Shown here piece by piece: positions 60,078 through 64,000 of a DNA stretch of 64,000 nt. Where the stretch lies: positions 1,815 through 65,814 of the forward strand of contig DHVB01000062.1 of NCBI GenBank assembly GCA_002412425.1, given 5' to 3'. A program made the position numbers and the translations under genes. Positions within the stretch are counted from its first letter, which is position 1; each line of letters starts with the position of its first letter. Origin of the DNA: Bacteroidales bacterium UBA5219. Its GTDB lineage: Bacteria; Bacteroidota; Bacteroidia; Bacteroidales; ML635J-15. Below the pieces are notes generated by a model. It was given only the letters and a program-made list of their open reading frames with translations, had not been told where the DNA came from and ran no database searches.

Positions 60078-60965
60078 TTATTGTGCTCTCGGATGAGCTT
60101 GTTTATAAATAGTTTTAATTTTTGAAAATGTATTATGTGTATAAACTTGTGTTGCCGCTAAACTTGTATGTCCTAATAATTCTTTTATTGAATTCAAATC
60201 TGCACCATTGTTCAACATGTGAGTAGCAAAACTATGTCGCAACACGTGAGGAGAACGTTTCTCTAATTGACTTACTAATCCTAAATAATGTTGAATTTTT
60301 CTGTAAACGAAATTTGGATACATTTTTTCGCCTTTATCGGTAACAAATATAAAATCTTTTGCTTCACATGAAAAACCAAAATCACTTTTTTGAGAAACGT
60401 ACAATTTATACATATTATTAATATAGGTATTAAATGGCACTATTCTTTCCTTATTTCCTTTTCCTAAAATTTTTATATTGCCCCTAGAAACATCAATATC
60501 TATATGCTTTAAATTTATCAATTCTGAAAGACGCATTCCAGTATTATAAAAAAGCTCAATCATAAACCTATCTCTAATACCAAAAAAGTCATCTGAAAAC
60601 AAACTAGCATTATCTAAATTGTTCATTTGATTTTCTTGAACAAACTCTGGCAATCTTTTTTTAGCCTTTGGTAACACTATTTTTAGCATAGGGTTTTTAG
60701 AAATATGTCCAAATTTCATTAAATATTTCACGTAAGATTTTAAGCTCGACACTTTCCTATTAATGCTAACTGCTGATAATCCTTGTTCTGACAAAGATGC
60801 TATCCAAGCTCTAATTTTTTGATATTCGGGATTTAATTCATCATCATTTGATTCTACAAATACAAAATTACGAAACTGAATTAAATCTGTTTCGTAAGAA
60901 TTTATTGTATGTTCAGAAAGCCGTTTCTCGTAACGGATATATTTAATGAAATTATTAATATTCAT
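60078..60965 (-). CDS. xerC: Tyrosine site-specific recombinase, XerC/XerD-like
   Basis: C-terminal catalytic region with RHSFATHML and LGHTSLAATQVYTH (R-H-R-Y family). Lies between hpf and rpsU, as is common in Bacteroidota. Confidence 0.85.
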   Translation of the reverse strand: MNINNFIKYIRYEKRLSEHTINSYETDLIQFRNFVFVESNDDELNPEYQKIRAWIASLSEQGLSAVSINRKVSSLKSYVKYLMKFGHISKNPMLKIVLPKAKKRLPEFVQENQMNNLDNASLFSDDFFGIRDRFMIELFYNTGMRLSELINLKHIDIDVSRGNIKILGKGNKERIVPFNTYINNMYKLYVSQKSDFGFSCEAKDFIFVTDKGEKMYPNFVYRKIQHYLGLVSQLEKRSPHVLRHSFATHMLNNGADLNSIKELLGHTSLAATQVYTHNTFSKIKTIYKQAHPRAQ

Positions 60966-61044
60966 ATTAATTTAATTATCACTACCAAGAAATCTATTAA
61001 TTAATACGAATGTTTTAATTAAAAGTTACATTAAATGTGAATTT

Positions 61045-61242
61045 TTAATTATTTTCTTGCATTGTTAACAAACGTTGAACATAGCGTGCGCGAATCATTT
61101 GTTGACGCTTTGTTACTGAAGGTTTTTCAAAAGCTTGACGTCTTCTTAATTCTTTTACAACGCCTGTTTTTTCATATTTTCTTTTAAAACGTTTCAAGGC
61201 TCTGTCAATGTTTTCGCCGTCTTTTACTGGTACAATAATCAT
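61045..61242 (-). CDS. rpsU: 30S ribosomal protein S21
   Basis: 65 aa. ENIDRALKRFKRKYEKTGVVKELRRRQ is canonical S21. Confidence 0.95.
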   Translation of the reverse strand: MIIVPVKDGENIDRALKRFKRKYEKTGVVKELRRRQAFEKPSVTKRQQMIRARYVQRLLTMQENN

Positions 61243-61288
61243 TGTTATTATTTTTTATTTAAACTTATTTTTATTTCTTTTAAATTTT

Positions 61289-61302
61289 GGACTGCAAAAA
61301 TA
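61289..61302 (-). promoter_or_regulatory. -7 promoter box plus extension TATTTTTGCAGTCC upstream of rpsU
   Basis: The minus-strand 14-mer is identical to the one upstream of rplM. It lies 52 nt upstream of the rpsU ATG. Confidence 0.5.
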
Positions 61303-61414
61303 TACAATTTATATTATTTAACAAACTTTTTCAACTAATATTTTTGTAATTTTCATATTAGGACTTTTTGCATTAAAAATCATTTTTTTGCTTCATTCTT
61401 ATCATAACTAATGT

Positions 61415-61422
61415 TATTTTTG
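61415..61422 (+). promoter_or_regulatory. -7 promoter box TATTTTTG upstream of glmM
   Basis: TAnnTTTG match 16 nt upstream of the ATG at 61439. Confidence 0.45.
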
Positions 61423-61438
61423 CATAAAATTAAAAAGA

Positions 61439-62827
61439 ATGACTTTAATAAAATCTATTTCTGGAATTAGAGGTACTATAGGAGGTTTCGCTGGCGAAAA
61501 CTTAACTCCAATTGATATTGTAAAATTTATAACTGCCTATTCGTTGTGGCAAAAAGAAACAAACCCAAAAGCTAAAACAATAGTTGTTGGTCGTGATGCT
61601 CGTCCTTCTGGCAAAATGGTTGAAAATATTGTAGTTTCAGTTTTTAATTCTTTGGGTTTTGATGTTATTAATATTGGCTTAGCCACAACTCCCACAACAG
61701 AATTTGCTGTAATAAACGAAAAAGCTGATGGCGGAATAATTATAACTGCCAGCCACAATCCTAAAAATTGGAACGCACTTAAACTTTTGAATAATAAAGG
61801 CGAGTTTTTAAGTGCTAGCGAAGGACAAAGAATTTTAGAACTTGCAGAAACTGCAAATGCGGAATTTGCTCAAGTTGATGATTTAGGAAAAACTACAAAA
61901 CTTAGAAATTACGAAAATCTACATATTGATTCTATTCTAAAGCTAAAATTAGTAAACAAAGAATTAATAAAAGCTGCTGATTTTACAGTTGCTATAGATT
62001 GTGTAAACTCTGTTGGAGGCTTTGCTATTCCAAAATTATTAAAAAGTTTAGGTGTAAAAAATATTATTGAGCTTTATTGTACCCCAAATGGTCAGTTTCC
62101 ACATAATCCAGAGCCGTTACCAGAACATCTTACAGAAATTAGCAATCTTATAAAAGAAAAAAATGCAGATGTTGGTTTTGTTGTTGACCCTGACGTGGAC
62201 AGACTTGCAATAATTTGTGAAGATGGTTCTATGTTTGGCGAAGAATATACTTTAGTAGCTGTTGCAGACTATGTTTTATCAAAAACTCCTGGCAATACTG
62301 TGTCAAATCTTTCATCAACCAGAGCTTTGAGAGATGTTTCTGAAAAATACGGAGTTGAATACAATTCTGCTGCTGTAGGCGAAGTAAATGTTGTAGCAAA
62401 AATGAAAGAAACAAATGCTGTAATTGGTGGCGAAGGGAATGGTGGTGTAATCTATCCAGAATCTCACTACGGAAGAGATGCCTTGGTAGGAATTGCTTTG
62501 TTTTTAAGTTTCTTAGCTGAAAAACAACTTAAAGTTTCTGAATTAAAAAAAACATACCCAAATTATTTTATTTCAAAAAATAAAATTGAACTTACAAAAG
62601 ACATTAATTTAAATAATATTTTTGAAAAACTTCTAGAAAAATACAAAAACAACCCTCATCACACAATAGATGGCTTAAAAATCGAATTTCCAGAAACCAA
62701 AGAATGGGTGCATTTACGCTCATCAAATACAGAACCTATTATTAGAATTTATTGCGAAAGTTTAAACCAAAAAAATGCTGAAGCTTTAGCAAAAAAATTT
62801 ATCGAAGAAATAAAAAATTTAATGTAA
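61439..62827 (+). CDS. glmM: Phosphoglucosamine mutase (alpha-D-phosphohexomutase family)
   Basis: Active-site TASHNPKNWNALK, metal site DPDVDR. 462 aa. Confidence 0.88.
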   Translation: MTLIKSISGIRGTIGGFAGENLTPIDIVKFITAYSLWQKETNPKAKTIVVGRDARPSGKMVENIVVSVFNSLGFDVINIGLATTPTTEFAVINEKADGGIIITASHNPKNWNALKLLNNKGEFLSASEGQRILELAETANAEFAQVDDLGKTTKLRNYENLHIDSILKLKLVNKELIKAADFTVAIDCVNSVGGFAIPKLLKSLGVKNIIELYCTPNGQFPHNPEPLPEHLTEISNLIKEKNADVGFVVDPDVDRLAIICEDGSMFGEEYTLVAVADYVLSKTPGNTVSNLSSTRALRDVSEKYGVEYNSAAVGEVNVVAKMKETNAVIGGEGNGGVIYPESHYGRDALVGIALFLSFLAEKQLKVSELKKTYPNYFISKNKIELTKDINLNNIFEKLLEKYKNNPHHTIDGLKIEFPETKEWVHLRSSNTEPIIRIYCESLNQKNAEALAKKFIEEIKNLM

Positions 62828-62894
62828 ACTATACAAAACAAATTGATATAAACACAAATACAGATTTGTTATTTTTATTTTGTAATTTTACATC

Positions 62895-64000
62895 ATGATT
62901 TCTAAAGATGATTTAGACATTAAAGTAAAGGCTTTGCCACAAAATCCTGGCGTTTACAAATATCTTGATAAAGCTGGGAATATTATTTATGTAGGAAAAG
63001 CTAAAAACTTAAAAAAACGAGTGTCTTCATATTTTGCAAAAAATCACCAATCATTCAAAACTAATGTTTTAGTAAAAAGAATAAAAGACATTGAATACAT
63101 TGTTACAGAAACTGAAAACGATGCTCTTCTTTTAGAAAATGTTTTGATAAAATCTCTTCAACCACGATATAATGTAATGTTGAAAGATGATAAAACATAT
63201 CCGTGGATTTGCATTAAAAACGAAACCTTTCCACGAGTATTTTACACTCGACAAAAAACAAAAGGTAATGAATATTTTGGACCATTTACTTCGGTTTACA
63301 CAATAAAAACTTTGTTAAATTTAATTACTCAGCTCTACCCTATTCGTAACTGTAATTTGAATCTTAGTAAAGAAAAAGTAAAAGAAGGAAAATATAAAGT
63401 TTGTTTAGAATATCATATTGGAAATTGCAAGGCTCCTTGCATTGGTGAAATTGACGAAAAAACTTACCTACAATTGATTTCGGATATTAGAAAAATTTTA
63501 AAGGGCAATTTGCACCAAGTTCAAACATACTTTACAAAAGAAATGAAAAATCATGCAGATAAACTTGAGTTTGAAAAAGCAGCTGAAATAAAATCAAAAT
63601 TAAGTATTATCGAAAACTACAAAAGCAAATCAACTATTGTAAACACAAATATTTCAGATACCGAAGCTTTTGGTTTTGCAAAAGATATTAATTCTGCTTA
63701 TGTATCATATATACGAATACAATCTGGCACAATAATTTCGGCTCATTCTGTTGAAATCCGCAAAAAAATTGATGAATCTGATGAAGATATGCTTTTGTTT
63801 GCTGTTTTAGAACTTCGCGAAAGTTTAAACTCTGATGCAAAAACCACTTTACTACCATTTGAGGTTGATTTTGAGGTAGAAAACACTAAAATAGAAGTTC
63901 CAAAGCGTGGCGACAAGCTTAGTGTAATAGAACTTGCCAATAGAAATGCAAAATTTTTCATGTTGGAAAAACACAAACAAATCGAAAATAAAAATCCCGA
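62895..64000 (+). CDS. uvrC: Excinuclease ABC subunit C, N-terminal part; 3' end outside window
   Basis: ATG at 62895, and the frame stays open to the window end (so it is absent from the ORF track). GIY-YIG N-terminus: PGVYKYLDKAGNIIYVGKAKNLKKRVSSYF ... YNVMLKDDKTYP. Confidence 0.9.
   Translation, partial: MISKDDLDIKVKALPQNPGVYKYLDKAGNIIYVGKAKNLKKRVSSYFAKNHQSFKTNVLVKRIKDIEYIVTETENDALLLENVLIKSLQPRYNVMLKDDKTYPWICIKNETFPRVFYTRQKTKGNEYFGPFTSVYTIKTLLNLITQLYPIRNCNLNLSKEKVKEGKYKVCLEYHIGNCKAPCIGEIDEKTYLQLISDIRKILKGNLHQVQTYFTKEMKNHADKLEFEKAAEIKSKLSIIENYKSKSTIVNTNISDTEAFGFAKDINSAYVSYIRIQSGTIISAHSVEIRKKIDESDEDMLLFAVLELRESLNSDAKTTLLPFEVDFEVENTKIEVPKRGDKLSVIELANRNAKFFMLEKHKQIENKNP

Noticed and set aside
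60078-60965. The XerC/XerD-like tyrosine recombinase as the integron integrase for the cassette array
   Set aside because: It lies 47 kb from the array and sits in the conserved rpsU-xerC-hpf housekeeping arrangement typical of Bacteroidota. At 295 aa it is the size of a plain Xer recombinase, and I see no evidence by eye for the extra IntI-specific segment.

Overview
This is an AT-rich chromosome segment of Bacteroidota type. The evidence is T9SS C-terminal sorting domains, TAnnTTTG -7 promoter boxes directly upstream of genes, and the synteny rpsU-xerC-hpf-tRNAs-tuf-tRNA-secE-nusG-rplKAJL-rpoBC. All coordinates and base pairings were counted by hand; no searches or folding programs were run.

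The left ~13.3 kb is accessory. It starts with a type I R-M operon (hsdR C-terminus, then hsdM fused to a single HsdS-type target recognition domain). That operon is translationally coupled to a two-gene module of a 4-TM protein plus a 318-aa soluble protein, which resembles Kiwa (KwaA/KwaB).

Three two-gene units follow: an ABC membrane protein with its ATPase, an S8 peptidase with an OM beta-barrel, and an S8 peptidase with a PrcB-like lipoprotein. Each unit is followed within 4-7 nt of its stop codon by a ~135-nt imperfect palindrome. The four palindromes conserve structure rather than sequence. The right end of each is the reverse complement of the left end of the next one (9/9, 9/9 and 9/10 nt). 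That is the footprint expected for integron-type cassettes recombining at G|TT, and I consider this integron-like (attC-like) cassette array the most interesting signal. No integrase lies next to it in the window.

The remaining ~50 kb is housekeeping: folC, a serine-hydrolase fusion, the F-ATPase operon atpBEFHAG preceded by bactofilin and AtpZ, rplM-rpsI-rpsB-tsf, miaB, dxs, dnaG, the rpoBC/ribosomal protein cluster, tuf, five tRNAs, hpf, xerC-like, rpsU, glmM and a partial uvrC.

Other notable points:
- A 7-bp tandem duplication splits a ~1350-aa T9SS surface protein.
- A T5-run frameshift separates the signal peptide from the second S8 peptidase.
- A dispersed ~80-110-nt repeat has a hairpin-rich ~135-nt insertion in one copy.
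- Two unrelated 23-bp x3 tandem repeats are present.
- A shared TAwwTTTGCAGwCC promoter box lies upstream of three translation-apparatus operons.
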